Origin: Aplysia californica
Lineage: Eukaryota
Length of the DNA stretch: 64,000 nucleotides
Assembly (NCBI RefSeq): GCF_000002075.1
Contig: NW_004797947.1
Span: forward strand, 272,349-336,348
Reading direction: 5' to 3'
Under the pieces are notes generated by a model. It was not told the origin of the DNA, made no database searches, and saw nothing but the letters and a program-made list of their open reading frames with translations. Position 1 is the first letter of the stretch. Each line of letters opens with the position of its first letter. A program made the position numbers and the translations under genes. Below are positions 37,255-50,510 of the stretch, piece by piece.

Positions 37255-37775
37255 AGGGGGACTCTCGTGGCCTAGAGGTTAGGGTGTTCGCCTCTCATTC
37301 AAAGGTCCCGCTTTCGAATCTGGATAGTGACGGAGAAATTTTCTTCTTTAAAATTGTCTCCTTTCACCTCCTTTGCTCTCCAGCAATGTTTTATCGTCTG
37401 CTTTCGCCTCCACTTTCTGCTCCCACCCCTCCCCTCCTTTTCCCCCTCCTTTGCCCCCTCCTCTGGGCTCCTGTCTTTTTCTGCAGCCTTTTTACGGCTA
37501 CTCCTTGGCTCCTTCTTACTGCTGTTTTTCAGCCACACTCCTGATCTTCTGGTCTAGGGCGAAAACTCGGAGGTCCCGTGTGAAAGTTGCGCAAGTAAAA
37601 ATCCCTTGGTCGTCTAAAATTGACAAGAATAGGCTTCGGCGCCACCCGGGTAAAATCCAAAATTTGCTATCAACTGAAATTAATGTTTAGTGTGTCCCAC
37701 GCGCCCATGTGACCATATGCGTTGAGAGCGCCGTAAAACACTTTTCCTAACCCCCCCCCCAAAAAAAAAACAAAA
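37255..37775 (+). mobile_element. SINE family A, full length
   Basis: Colinear with 11091-11621 including the GAGCGCCGTAAAACAC tail. Confidence 0.9.
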
Positions 37776-37981
37776 CCCCTGTATGTGTACAATTGATACG
37801 AAACACGGGGGAAAACCTCGGGAGATAGTTGAAGCAAAATGAAACATTCCGTGACCGTGGAGCGCGGGGGTTGCGTTCTTTGGCTTGTAGGAGACTTTAT
37901 GAGTTAAAAAGAAAATTTAGCTCCCATGCCTCTTTGAAAATGGTGGGCGTTGTACATAATTTACATGTAAATTTTGTACCG

Positions 37982-40900
37982 TGTTGTTGTTGTTGCTGTT
38001 GTTGTTGTTAGCGATCCAGTAGCATCTGAGCGTTAACTTTTCTGCATGATGCCATTCTGTAATAGCTGCATGTCTGCTCTAATTGTTGTCTTGAAGAGTA
38101 GATGCAGTTAGATGTGTGGGGTAGCTTGGGAAGAAAACATCCCCTTAAATCAGTTTTCTACAGAAGAACAGATGATGTTCCACTGTCTCTGAGGGGTAGT
38201 CACATAGTGGGCAGGCAGTAGACTGCTTTACTCCAATTCGGTTGAGATATTGATTGAGGGGTACATGTTGTGTTCTAAGTTGGAAGATTATGGATTGATC
38301 TCCCTTCCTCAACTCATTGATTGGATCTTTGACCAGAGGTTTATTCATGTGGCCATACATCATCCTTCCTGTAGTACCTGTGCCCCAATCGTTCATCCAG
38401 TCTTCCTTAAGGTTTGACTTGATCATTTGGCTGCAGGTGGTGTAATCAGTAGGAATATCAGGCTGAGGGAAGCTAGCTCCTTTCTTTGCTGGAGCATCAG
38501 CTCTTTCATTTCCCGGTATCCCAGTGTGGGTAGGAATCCATTGTAGGACTACCCTGATCTGCTGCCTACTTATCAAATTATGTAGACTACAAATCAAGTG
38601 TGATATATCTTTGTTCACATCAGTCCCACTCTCAAGTGTCTCTAGTGTTGAAAGGCTGTCTGTAAAGATAACAATGTCTGTGGTAGCAAGTGGGTTAGTG
38701 TCAAGCAAGTAGTCGATGTAGTTTGCTGTGTTGGTGATAGCCTGTTGTTCGGCAATGAAATTGGAGCAGAAGGACCAGCTGGAATTAAAGACTTCTGTTG
38801 TTTTTTTTTATCCCGTTGGGCAAGTTGATCACTGACCCATATCCAGCGTTGCTTGTTGCTTTAAAGGCAGATCCATCAGTGTATGAGTGGATCCATGTTG
38901 GTGGATAGTAATCAATTGTTTCAAGGGCAGAATATTTTAGTGCCACAGGATATGTGTTTTTATTGCTCTTTTTAAAAAGTGTTTTCCTAATTTCTGGCTT
39001 TGCTATGGTGAGATGTGGTGGGAGAGTTGAGGGAACTCTTTCCAGAGGTTCTCCTCTTTCAGAGAGGTGATGTTTTTCTTGGAGATTGAGGACAGTGTCA
39101 AGTACAGATTTTGTATTTTTTAGTCTTTGATTAGGTTTCCACTTGTCAACAAGAATTCTATTTGGGTGGTTATTTTCTAGCGTTTTAGATCTTTCATATA
39201 CTTCTAAAGCTGCCCGTTTTCTTCGAGTTTCTAATGGCTCAATATTTGTGTGGATTTCACAGGCCGCTGTGGGTGAGGATCTCATTCCGCCAGAGATAAG
39301 ACGAAGAGCTTGGTTTTGAATGGTGTTCATTGTGTTCTTTGTAGTTTTACTGCAAATGTTTTGTAGAACAAGATTATAATCAAAAACAGCTCTGGTATAT
39401 CCTAAATAGAGGCCTCTCAGGGTGTTCTTGTCTGATCCCCAGTTGGTACTAGCTGGTCGTTTGATGAGATTAAGTCTCTTCATAGCCTTCTTCCTAAGGT
39501 TGTTGGTGTGTTGTTTCAAGTTGAGCTTGCTGTCAAGCTGTATCCCAAGATACACTGGGTTATTCTCCTATTTCAAGTTGGTACCATCTATTTTTAGAGG
39601 GATTTCTGCATTTTGCAAGGTTATAGCTTCTCGTAAAAACAAAGTAAACAGTTTTTTCGCAATTTACTATCATCTTCCATAAACGGCAATTGGTTCCTAG
39701 GGAATTTAGATCATCTTGTAGTCTTCGTCTGCGTATTGTTGTCGAGTCTCCAGTGTGCCAAACGACCAGGTCATCAGCAAAAAAGGTTTTTTTTTCTGTT
39801 TTGAGAACATCTGAAACATCATTGAGGAAGACAAGGAATAAGGTACAGCTGATAGAAGATCCCTGTGGGAGTCCTTCCTCAAGTACTGCTTTTGAAGATA
39901 GGGTTTCATCCATCTGGGTCTGGATAAGTCTATCTGTCAGGAATGATTTAATCCAGGAGTACTTATTTCCCTTGATTCCCATGTTCTGCAGTTTTAAGAG
40001 TAGTCCTTTCCTCCACACTCTATCGTAGGCTTGTTGGAGATCCACAAACACAGCCGTTGTCTGTTCCCCTCTTTGAAATCCATCAATGATTTTCTGTGTA
40101 AGCCCGAAGAGCTGGTCTTCTGTCCTGCCTTTTGACCTGAACCCCGCTTGACACTGTGAAATCATACCTGAAGACTTAAGCCACAAATAAAGACAATAAT
40201 TGAGGATTCTTTCACAGAGCTTGCCAATACAGGACGTAAGTGATATTGGGCTGTAGTTTTTAGGGTCATTTGCCTTCTTTCCTTTCTTTAAGATTGGGTT
40301 TATAGTAGCTAGTTTCCATGCTTTAGGCAGATTTCCCTCAGTCCATGTTCTGTTATAGAGCTTAAGAAGTAGCAATTTGGCTTTTTCACAAAGGTTTGTA
40401 GCATCTCATTGTGTACTTTATCAGGACCTGGGCTTTTTCGCTTCTTCAGTTTCTTGATTGCACAGTCCAACTCTCGTTTAGTTTAGAAGTCATGGAAGAC
40501 ACTCGGTGTTATCAAGTCTCTCTCTTTTCCTTTCAGAACTCCCAGTAGACCCATGTCCAGGTCATTCCTTTTGCTGCTCTTGTTAATGGAGGCAAAATGT
40601 TTATTGAAGTGTTCGGCTTTTTTAACTAGCTGGTGAGAACTTCGGTTTCTGTGTGTCGTGGTTTGAGGTTTTCTTTCCTTTTTTCGCCAGTGAGGTTATT
40701 TAGAAGTGACCAAGCTTCACGTCTACCTTGATGTAAATTGAGTCGCTCACACTTCTGTGTCCAGGCTTCCTTTTTAGATTCCTTGGTAACAAGTTTAGCC
40801 TCTGCTATGGCCTTTTTGTATTTAATTTTCTTGTTCATATTTTTAAAGATCTTTCTCATATTCATGTCTGGCATCATTTTTAGTTTTTGTAGCTTTCTCA

Positions 40901-41300
40901 AAGCGCTCATTCCAAAAGGGTTTATACATGTAGTTGGTTCTGCACCCCTGTGGGATACTCTTCTTTGCAGCATCTAAGATGGCGGAGGTGAGTTCACTAT
41001 TAAGGGAGTCTATACTTTTATTGTCTAGATCATCCAGTTTAACGGTGTCCTCAGCTGTTTTTCTGAATACATCCCAGTTTGCCTTCTTGAAGTTCCAACG
41101 GGTTCTTCTTTTCCTTTGCCTGTGTTTCAATATACTGATTTTTAGTGAGAACGGGACGGTGGTCACTAGATATACAGTCTAGCACCTCTTCACTGCAGTA
41201 GTTGTGTAGATCAGCAAAGACCAGGGTGAGATCTGGTCTGTGGAGGGTCCCATGTCTCCTATTGTGTTTTCGTCTTTTCCAAGCTACAGACATTTGCTTG
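37982..41300 (-). mobile_element. Ingi/I-group LINE (APE end, RT, RNase H, zinc knuckle), decayed
   Basis: PDLTL...SSDHRPV (APE end), RWNFKKANW, YSPISLTSCIGKL, QAGFR, VFVDLQQAYD, GLPQGS, FADD, YTDGS, FTDSLS, LQWIPTHTGIPGNERAD, CPLC...HHLFFC; (AAC)n tail at 37982-38010. Confidence 0.93.
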
Positions 41301-41696
41301 AAGAATATTGAAGTCTATGTGCTTCTCTTTTATATTACCAGTTGTAGGGGGTGTTTTCTTCTCGTTTTTCCATTTTCTCTGTTTTCTGATTTTCTTTTCT
41401 TCCAATAACCACCCACCAGGCCAGCTTGGTTGCCCACTAAGACCTGGGGGAGACCTTGTTCACTAAGGCGGCGTCTCAGCTCGTATGGGATTCTACCATT
41501 TGTGAATAGCATCTAAAACTGATGGTTCTGCGATTTTCTTTCCATCCCGGGGTAGGAGATAAAGTAGTGGCTGTAAGTGCAATGCCACAAACAAAAACCT
41601 AACTTCGTCACAGAGAGATCGTAAGAAAAATGAATGGGTATGTTGGTGTCTGTTGTATTATATTGAGAAGTTGTTTGAGGAGATAAAGAAGAGAAA

Positions 41697-41810
41697 GACG
41701 CTATTAAGAGCATGGTTGCTGTGTGTTGCTGAAATACAAAAATTATAATATAATAATAATAATGACGCTATTAAGAGCATGGTTGCTGTGTGTTGCTGAA
41801 ATACAAAAAT

Positions 41811-41853
<43 letters not shown>

Positions 41854-41878
41854 GTAACAATAGTAATAATAATAACAA
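41697..41878 (+). repeat. 67-bp tandem duplication followed by (AAT)n
   Basis: GACGCTATTAAGAGCATGGTTGCTGTGTGTTGCTGAAATACAAAA at 41697 and 41764. Confidence 0.85.
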
Positions 41879-43224
41879 TTGAGAGTTAGATTTTCCTCCC
41901 CCCTCCCAGAGCAACCAAGACCTCTCATCCTCAGAGATGGGGGCAGGGGAAGGCATGGCAGGTCCCAGAGGGTTAATATTGTCAGCAAGCAAGACGCAAA
42001 TGGTCTCTGCACCTTCTCAGCAGTCATAGGGCTCTCTGATAAATGCATGCTTAATACATGTATGTAGCTGGGTATTCCCTATGTAAAGTCACATCCAGTA
42101 GTTCTGACATTGAACCTCTGCTTCCCACCCCACCAATACCCGTCCAAAATCCAGGTCAAAGAAAGGTTGTCGATGGAGAGAGGAGAAAAGAAAAGTGATA
42201 ATAATAAAGATAATAACAAATAATAAAATGTAATAAAGTAAAACAATAAATAGAAAGAGTAAGATATATAGTAGAGTAATATGTCTCTATTCGGGGTCAC
42301 CCCTTGACCCGTTGGCTTCCTCTTTTTCTATTCCTATTCGAAGAGTACTAATTCCCCCCCCCCCCCCCCCATGAAGAGGTGGGTCTATTAGGGGGGGGGG
42401 GGGGGTTGTACTGTTTTAATATGTAAAAACAGTTCAGGTAACTGGCTAGCATAATCACCGTAATGGACTGTTTTGTTTACACATAACAAGAGGGTCCACT
42501 CCTCTCTTTGAGCCAATCAAAAAAGTGTCCTCAAAATTCGGCGGCGCCCTCTTCGCAAATGCACACCCTTTGCGAACAGAGTTACCCTACTTGTGTTAAT
42601 ATTTCAAAGTGAAACTAATAAGTTTTTGAATAAATAAAAATTCAAATTTCGGAAGAACGCTTTTAAAAAAATGGTTACGCTGACAAAAAAACCTCTTCCT
42701 CCGGAAGAGGCGACTGTTTTCTTCGTTTAATTTGATTTTAGAATGAGAGGCGAGAGGTCATTACAACCCCCCCCCCCCCCCCCCCCCAAAACTCCGCACT
42801 GAAAGAACCCTAACAGCTGATGAACAGCAGTCGATCTGGGCACGCAAGGAGGTGCTATTCCTATTCTTCTTCTGGAGAAATGAAAGAGACCTTCAAAACA
42901 GACTGCAGCGCCATCTGAAGCAAAGAGCGGACTTCCGGCGGACACTTTTTTGGCTGAGTGGACCATCTTGTTATGTACTATCTTAGGTTTTCATTCGCTC
43001 GGGAACAATATCTCCGATCGCGTTCATTCATCACAATTCCAAAATCACGACATTATCTCCCCAAGTTTTGATCTATTTATTTGAAACGGTTTGAATTGGA
43101 TTCGTCCACTTTTTCCCTTGTGGCATACACATAAACAGGTTGGATGCATTACTGTAGATCTAGTATTTATCACACAGAGAGAGGTATAACAAAATAAATT
43201 GGTGAAGGAACCTAAAAAAATTTA

Positions 43225-44242
43225 GGAAGGCGCTATTTGCAACGCCGCGTTCTAAATAGCTCCCGTGCTATTTGAAACGCCAGTACTAGAATCTAGATCT
43301 AGCAGCCATCGTTTCTACATAATAATATTGTAGTTCTGCCTGAATTGCGGAAGCTTTCTCAGTTTTTTTTATAAACCTCCTAGGATTTGACTCCTTTTTT
43401 TTTATGACGTTGTCTTATTCCGATTAATATTGGGTAGATCTAGATCTCACAATTGTTTCTGACATTGTTTGCACAAAAGTAGACTAGATCTAGACGTAGT
43501 CTTGTTCATCTCTCATAATCATAATCATTTGAGTTAGAGTTTGAGCAAGTTTAAGTCGAAAGACGCTTGGATAACAATGACAAGAAGGTGCAACTCGAAC
43601 TTTAAGTTAGGCCTAGAGAACGTATACAAGCTGTCTACTGTCTACGTTCTCTAAGTCTAATGTTCAGTTCAGTGCTTCCAAGCTGGCGTCGAATCCCGGT
43701 CCCGGAAGGTTCTTTTTTTCCTTCTCCTGAGCCTAAAATAAAATAATAAAAAAACAAATTAGAGTCACAGACCAAGTAAAGCCACTGTTAAACTTTAACC
43801 AGGACTAAATTGGTAAAAGGAAAAGTGTAGGCTATACTAAGGCCTACTTTGTACAGAGCTCCTCTTGTGGACAAAACCAGAATGTGCATGCTTCATCACT
43901 ACATAAAAAGCTACAAAAGCAACACGTTATAATTATGGGAAAAAGTGTTGGTCAGTCGAGAAGAGGACAACAAAAAAACAAAAACAACAACAACAAAAAA
44001 CAAAAAACAAACAAACGCTCAGGACCGGGATCGAACCCACGCTAAAAAAATAATGGTTTGACTTCAAGCGCAGACGCGCTGTCACTTCGACCATCAGAAC
44101 TTCCGAATACGAAGTGCAGGTTAAGCTTGATATTTTACACACGACGACACGGCGTTTTATTTAGCGCTGGCGCTAATCGCAACGCGGCGTTTTATTTAGC
44201 ACTGGCGCTAATGGCAACGCGGCGTTGCAAATATGCACTTCC
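43225..44242. mobile_element. non-autonomous Mutator-like element (MULE)
   Basis: TIR GGAAG.GC.TATTTGCAACGCCGCGTT at both ends with subterminal repeats; 10-bp TSD AAAAAATTTA (43215-43224) / AAAAAATTAA (44243-44252). Confidence 0.75.
44019..44094 (-). pseudogene. tRNA-like (Ser/Leu-type) pseudogene or SINE head inside the MULE
   Basis: Reverse complement GATGGTCGAAGTGACAGCGCG...CTTGAAG...GCGTGGGTTCGATCCCGG has A- and B-box-like motifs; cloverleaf degraded. Confidence 0.45.
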
Positions 44243-46621
44243 AAAAAATTAACGTAGCGGGATTCCCCGGCCGGCATTTCGGTGCAGTGCGATCAACACA
44301 TTTTGCGTGTTGTAACCAAAACTTCAACTCAACATTCCTAGACAGTAAAAGTAAAAACACCCCCGAAAGATCGGGTGCTCCATTAGAGCAAGTTTTAAAT
44401 ACTGTAAAGATAGAATTAGCGTTGCCAATTTATATCTATATACACTAATATTTTTTAAAATTCTTGTTCTTAAAAAAAAAATTGTTGCAAATTTACCACT
44501 TTGAAACTAAGCTACGCACCGCTAGCTATACTGTCTCCAACAATAACATACTTATTGCCCTCATTCACAGATGTTGACTCTAAGTTTTTGGTTCTAATTG
44601 CGGTTGCCTTATCACTTACGGTGAAGAGGAATATTTTTTCCATTTTGCATGCGGATGGTAAAGAATGTCCTACTTGTATTTTAACTTATAATGGGTAAAA
44701 TATATTAGCTCCAAAGGTATTGATTTGTATCCAACACGCTTCTTAACTGGTATTTCTCTTCTTTTCAGATAAATGCAACATAAAAAAACGAGAAAATGAT
44801 ATCAGTATAACACTTATTTTTTCCCTTCAAAACTTCTTTTTTTTAAATACGAGAACAATGTGTCTGTCTTGTGTGAGTGTTTGTTTAAACACATGTATTG
44901 AAAAAGGCACACAAACCCTCTCATCTCATAAGCCAGTCTTAGTGAGACACTGTGAAAACAAAATCTGATAAATGTGTGATCTCTATGAATCCATTCAGTG
45001 GACAAATGTCCCGTGGAACTATTTCATGCACTTTCTGATTCTTTCNNNNNNNNNNNNNNNNNNNNNNNNNNNNNNNNNNNNNNNNNNNNNNNNNNNNNNN
45101 NNNNNNNNNNNNNNNNNNNNNNNNNNNNNNNNNNNNNNNNNNNNNNNNNNNNNNNNNNNNNNNNNNNNNNNNNNNNNNNNNNNNNNNNNNNNNCGCAAGA
45201 GACGACGGAACACATTTCTGGCTTGAAGACTTGAAGACCCAAACTTAAAGGATGGACTGTTGAAAGTTTTCTTCATTTGCAAACATCAGCTACCACCATG
45301 CATGTTGGAACAAGCACGTATCCCAAGATGGTGGATAGTCTGGTTCGGCCATGCATCTTCAGAAAATAAATTTTTATGATTTTTTTTTTTACATGTTGAT
45401 GGCTTGACTAATTTTTAAAGGACGAAAATATTCGTTCCTTGAAGTCCATTCTTGAAGATCACAAGCACATTGCCGATGACAGTGGGTATGCAGTTGGTGA
45501 TATGAAATCGGCATATCGGTCGGAGTTACGTACTAAGAAATGCAGAGATTCCGCAGGCTTTAAGTACGAAAAGGAAAAGAACAAACATGAGCGGATGTGT
45601 GATATTAAAGGAACTGAAGATTACATCAAGTTAGCAATACAGGCTCTTGGGATAAGCGACCAGCAGGTGACCCAAATGTTGCACCTCGATTGTGTAACAG
45701 ATACAGGAAAGAGACACAGTAACGTGGCTGCCTGACATAAGAAAAGCTTGAAGAAAGTGAAGAAATGGCCCCATTACTCTTGAAACGTAACCGTGTAACA
45801 CTGCTCAAGAATCTGAAAAAAGTCTGTATAGTCCTACCACTTTTGGTATAGCGTTAATGCTGATTTACTATGCACGTGGAGAAAGGGTGAACACCATCAT
45901 TAACATGGGCATACGCATGCACGGTGTCAAAAGGAGCAGAAATTTGACCTATACTCTTCTCAAAAGTGAGGCCGATACATAATGTATCAGCACCTGGACT
46001 GTATGGATTTGCAGGATATAAAAGCATCTTTTACTTTTTCCACAAGAAATTGCCAATGAAAAAATCTACTATTGTCATCGTTGATAAGGGTGATTCAAGG
46101 CCGATGCATTGGTGGTGATGTAACTCGGGCTCATTAGACGAAATTAACGTACAGTTTTAAGAAGCCAGTGAAAGAAATTAATACAACTAAGGTCTCCTAC
46201 TAGTAATAATGAAAAATGAAATCACTGCAACGTTGAAGAATATATAATCTAAATGTTCAATTGGAAGTAACAGTGAACCAGCAGTCCATCCGGAAATTTC
46301 TCAGTGCCACGGACTCCAGAGTGCAGTACAGGCCTTATCGCGTGTGGACAATGATGACAACAGATCTTCCTCAGACGAACAACAAGTTACATCATACGTA
46401 GGGGCTCAAACAGGCTGTCAGCATCTTCTCAGGAAAAGTTAATTATATAATCATGTAACATACCTTGAGCCATCAAGTAAGTCTGTTCTGCATGATTCTC
46501 ATAAACAAATTTACGGGGTCAGTGCAAGAAAATCCATACTTTTTGCTTTTATAGTTAGCGACAAGCCTAACGTACACAATCCTTGTCAAAATCAAAGAGA
46601 AAAACCATACTCTGTTTAATA

Positions 46622-46741
46622 CGGGGTACAGCTGGATCGGGCTGATCGCCCGACTCGATCGCCTGAAACTGTTCCTTTTTTTAGGTGATCGTGTCGAGCG
46701 ATCGGCCCGATCAGCGGATCCCGTCCGTAGTGGGCACCCTG
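46622..46741. mobile_element. ~120-bp palindromic MITE (hAT-like C(A/G)GGG ends) present only in copy 2
   Basis: Absent from the homologous site (~29130) in copy 1; internal 29-bp inverted repeat GGATCGGGCTGATCGCCCGACTCGATCGC / GTGATCGTGTCGAGCGATCGGCCCGATCA. Confidence 0.7.
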
Positions 46742-47315
46742 TATAAGGATATCGTTCCAATTGGGGGGGGGGGGGGGGGCATTTCATTTATTAAAATGAC
46801 ATAAGAATACGCTTCTTTCAAACTCTTTAAAGAAACTTGGTTGGCTGACTTTCGTGGTTGCAGCCTGAACTGTATACCAAGCTTTCCTAGGGAAACATAA
46901 CGGGAGATGGCGTTAGGTGTATTCTTTTTTAGAGAAGCTCTTGTCCACGACAGATTCATCAGCATAGGAAGCAGAAATCTTTCAATATAAAGGACAACTT
47001 AAATGTTTCCAGTGCATCCCAAGAACTCGTATTGGTGGATGCAATGCAGCTTGGGAGAATGTTGGAAAAAAGGAACTAGCCAAGCAAGTGTATGAGCAGC
47101 CTGACACAGACATGGAGACGTTTTAGGTATCAACTGGAGATGTCAGACTCGCTGGATCAAAATGTTAATGCATGCCATCTGATAAACGCAGATGAGTAGC
47201 CAATGAAGCCAATATGACATCTGCATTCGATCAGGTTTATTACATATTATGGTCACCACAAATACTCCAAGCGGCTTACAGATTTCTGTGCTATGCTGGC
47301 CTCACTGCTGAAGGG

Positions 47316-48669
47316 TAGAGATGTACCCCGGTAGCAAACCCGCTCGTGCTCGCAAGCCCCTAGTTCAAGTCACAATCCTGAAATCAATTGGTCAAATCAT
47401 CAAATCAAATCAAATCAATAGCATGTTACACTTGAGTCAAGCCTAAGCTTCAAGTCCACACCAACTAGCAATCTGCGAAGCCACTTGTGTCAGACCCCGT
47501 CATCCTCCCCACCCTGCTTACAATCCGCGNNNNNNNNNNNNNNNNNNNNNNNNNNNNNNNNNNNNNNNNNNNNNNNNNNNNNNNNNNNNNNNNNNNNNNN
47601 NNNNNNNNNNNNNNNNNNNNNNNNNNNNNNNNNNNNNNNNNNNNNNNNNNNNNNNNNNNNNNNNNNNNNNNNNNNNNNNNNNNNNNNNNNNNNNNNNNNN
47701 NNNNNNNNNNNNNNNNNNNNNNNNNNNNNNNNNNNNNNNNNNNNNNNNNNNNNNNNNNNNNNNNNNNNNNGTCTTAAATCCCGCTCGCAGCATAGCAAGA
47801 CACTTGCGTCCCATGATTTGCTTTGCCTTCCATGATTTTCTTTGTGTCCCATGACTTGCTCGCAACATGGCAAGCCACTTGCCCAGCAGCGAGCAGTAAG
47901 ACTGCTCACAGTATGAACTCTGAACCGTGGAGGAAGGGAGAGGCTGTGGTTGTTTTGGTGCAAGACGTAGAGAGCCGAAGATATTTTTAAATTCCCGCCG
48001 TTCAGACATAGGTCTCTGGTAGTGATAAGTAGACTTATATTACCTTAGAATGGAAAACTGCAGAGGTCGTTGTGATTGGCTTTTGTATCGAATGTATGTA
48101 ACCTATTTTGTAGATGTTTTACACTCCCAATGACATAATACAGAATATTTAGGAGACGGGCTAGGCCTACTTCAACCCAATGTCAGGACCAACCGGGACT
48201 GAGAGGGAACAACGCCCCAGCAGAAAGACGGAGGTACTCAGTAAAAATTTCTCCCCATACGGGAATCGAACTGAGGTCTTTTACGTGCGACGACGAAGCA
48301 CTTGGCCCGTGCACATTAAAAAAATAACCGACCTTTGCATCGTAAGAATAGCCGATCCACTATTAATTTTTAAGTGCTTTGAATAGAGCTTTTTCTTTTT
48401 CACAACCCAACTATGGAAAAAAAATCTTGCACTTTTTGTGCAAGACTCTCAACGCAAATAACCAGAATCTTCCATAATATTACTGAGTCCACAGCCACGA
48501 GACTTCACGACGTCACGACACAGTACAGCAAGCCTGTCTGCGAGTCACAACTCACCGGAAGTTCCCCCTGGTAGCGAGCGGGGGGACAAAGCAAAGCACG
48601 GCGCAAGCCTCTGGCGCAAGCCGTCCGCTGCTCGCAAGCCTTCCATTAATCGAGTAAACTCCAGCTCTA
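47316..48669. mobile_element. insertion with short TAGAG termini, present only in copy 2 (spans N-gap)
   Basis: Absent at the homologous site ~28525; TAGAG.TG ... CA.CTCTA ends; repeated GCAAGCC motifs near both ends. Confidence 0.7.
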
Positions 48670-49693
48670 GGACACCTGAATTATTTTTTTTTTCGTTCAT
48701 GTTATGCTCAGTCATGTCAGGCCATCCTTATCCATGCATGGATTGCAGCTGTAGAATAGGCAATGCAGACAAGTTCGCCCTAGTCTTCCTGCGATACCCC
48801 AACAATTGTCAATTTTGGATAGCCTGAATAATACAGCCTCCATTCACACTAGCAATAATGAAGGTAGCAACTTTGTAAACTAAACTGATCAAGATAAAGA
48901 TGAGAGTAAAGACTAAATAGGTTATTGTCCTTTAGATTAAGGTTCTTTCTAACTATGTACGATTATCTTTGAATGTCTAAACTGCACATTATCCCCTAAC
49001 GGTGATATTTTAGTGGGTTGCATCGATTCTAAAATGTTGCTGAATCAGATCTACAAAATGAATCCTGAGCTGCAGTGTCATAGATCAATGGTCACAGGTT
49101 TGTACCTTTGCAAAACATATAGACATGGCTCCCATTGTCTACTGCAGAGACTGTATGTGTGTATATATTCTATGAGCGGCCAAACTACATTTATACAGCT
49201 TGGAAAAAAAAAAAATGAAATGATACCCCAAAAATGTATCCGAGTTCATTAAATGCCCTTAGTTCGTGCACCTTAAGTTGCTATTTGTGATACCAACGTT
49301 TTTCCCATTTTTAATATAGTTGATGGCAGCAATATTGGATTTTTTGCACTTATATTTAACGAAAGGCTAAATAGTGACACTAAAATGAGCTTCTTGGCCT
49401 AAAACACCTTATAAGTGATGTATCACACTTCATATGTGTTGGAAAAAGACCATGAGTAATATCGATTTTTTGCCATTTGGCGGCCATCTTGGATTTCAAG
49501 ACCTCATGGGTAACGCCCACCTTTCAAAAAGAGGCATGGGGGCTAATTTTCTTACTAAGACCTTGAAGATGGTAAAACATGTGAAAAACAAAGTTTGGGA
49601 TTCCACGGTCACGGGTACTATTGTTTTTTTGTTTTTTTTACCCAACTAAGAGATCCCTTCGCGCGGGCGTAGTCTGATGTGTGCACCTTGCGG

Positions 49694-49985
49694 ATGTTGC
49701 GAAACTCTCGAAGCGGTTTTCAACTTTTGTGCACGTTAAGTTGTTGCGAAACTTTCGAAGCGGTGTGCAACTTTTGTGCACGTTAAGTTGTTGCGAAACT
49801 TTCGAAGCGGTGTGCAACTTTTGAGTACGTTAAGTTGTTGCGAAACTTTCGAAGCGGTGTGCAACTTTTGTGCACGTTAAGTTGTTGCAAAAGTTCCGAA
49901 GTGGTGTGCACGAAACTTTCGAAGCGGTGTGCAACTTTTGAGTACGTTAAGTTGTTGCAAAACTTTCGAAGTGGTGTGCAACTTG
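49694..49985 (+). repeat. 47-bp minisatellite (~6 copies)
   Basis: Unit AAGTTGTTGCGAAACTTTCGAAGCGGTGTGCAACTTTTGTGCACGTT; period 47 (49741 to 49788). Confidence 0.93.
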
Positions 49986-50049
49986 TGGATGGAGCGAAAC
50001 TTTCGGAGTGGCGGGAACACCTGTAGGATAGAGTAAAGTAAAGTGTGTA

Positions 50050-50510
50050 CATGTATCTGACAGACTTAAAATTTTATGTCTGTGCCTACTGTTAAGTGCG
50101 TGTCCGATAGGCTTATAGTTGATTCTGTGTCTGATAGGCTTAAGACTAAGTCTACGTCTGATTGGCTTAAAGGGAAGTAAGTAAAGTGTGTGTCTAATAG
50201 ACTTAAAGTTAAGTCTGTGCCTGATTTGCTTATAGAATAGGTAAGTTGTGTCTGATAGGCTTAAAGTTGGGTCTGTATCTGATAGGCTTAAAGTTAAGCC
50301 TGTGTCTGATAGGCTTAAAGTTAAGTCTCTGTCTGAAAGGCTTAAGATTAGGTCTACGTCTGATTGGCTTAAAAGGAAGTAAAGTGTGTGTCTAATAGGC
50401 TTAAAGTTAAGTCTGTGCCTGATTTGATTATAGGATAGGTAAGTTGTGTCCGATAGGCTTAAAGTTGGGTCTGTGTCTGATTGGCTTAAAGTTAAGTCTG
50501 TATCTGAATG
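50050..50510 (+). repeat. degenerate ~27-bp minisatellite with higher-order repetition
   Basis: GTCTGATAGGCTTAAAGTTAAGTCTGT-like units; the block around 50150-50290 recurs around 50350-50490. Confidence 0.85.

Larger units (their letters stand above)
44967..49620 (+). mobile_element. non-autonomous Academ-like DNA transposon derivative, copy 2, with intact 3' terminus
   Basis: Decayed coding remnants (KSILEDHKHIADDSGYAVGDMKSAY...IQALGISDQQ); terminus ...CACGGGTACTA (TAG end); TTCTTACTAA and TGGCGGCCAT subterminal motifs shared with the Academ at 54829; may extend further left. Confidence 0.75.

Noticed and set aside
41400-42150. HDV-like ribozyme or 2A peptide at the 5' end of the Ingi-like LINE
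   Set aside because: I could not find an NPGP motif or fold a convincing nested double pseudoknot by eye; a covariance-model search would be needed.
49694-49985. 47-bp palindromic repeat as a CRISPR array
   Set aside because: Units are head-to-tail with no unique spacers, there are no cas genes, and the context is eukaryotic.
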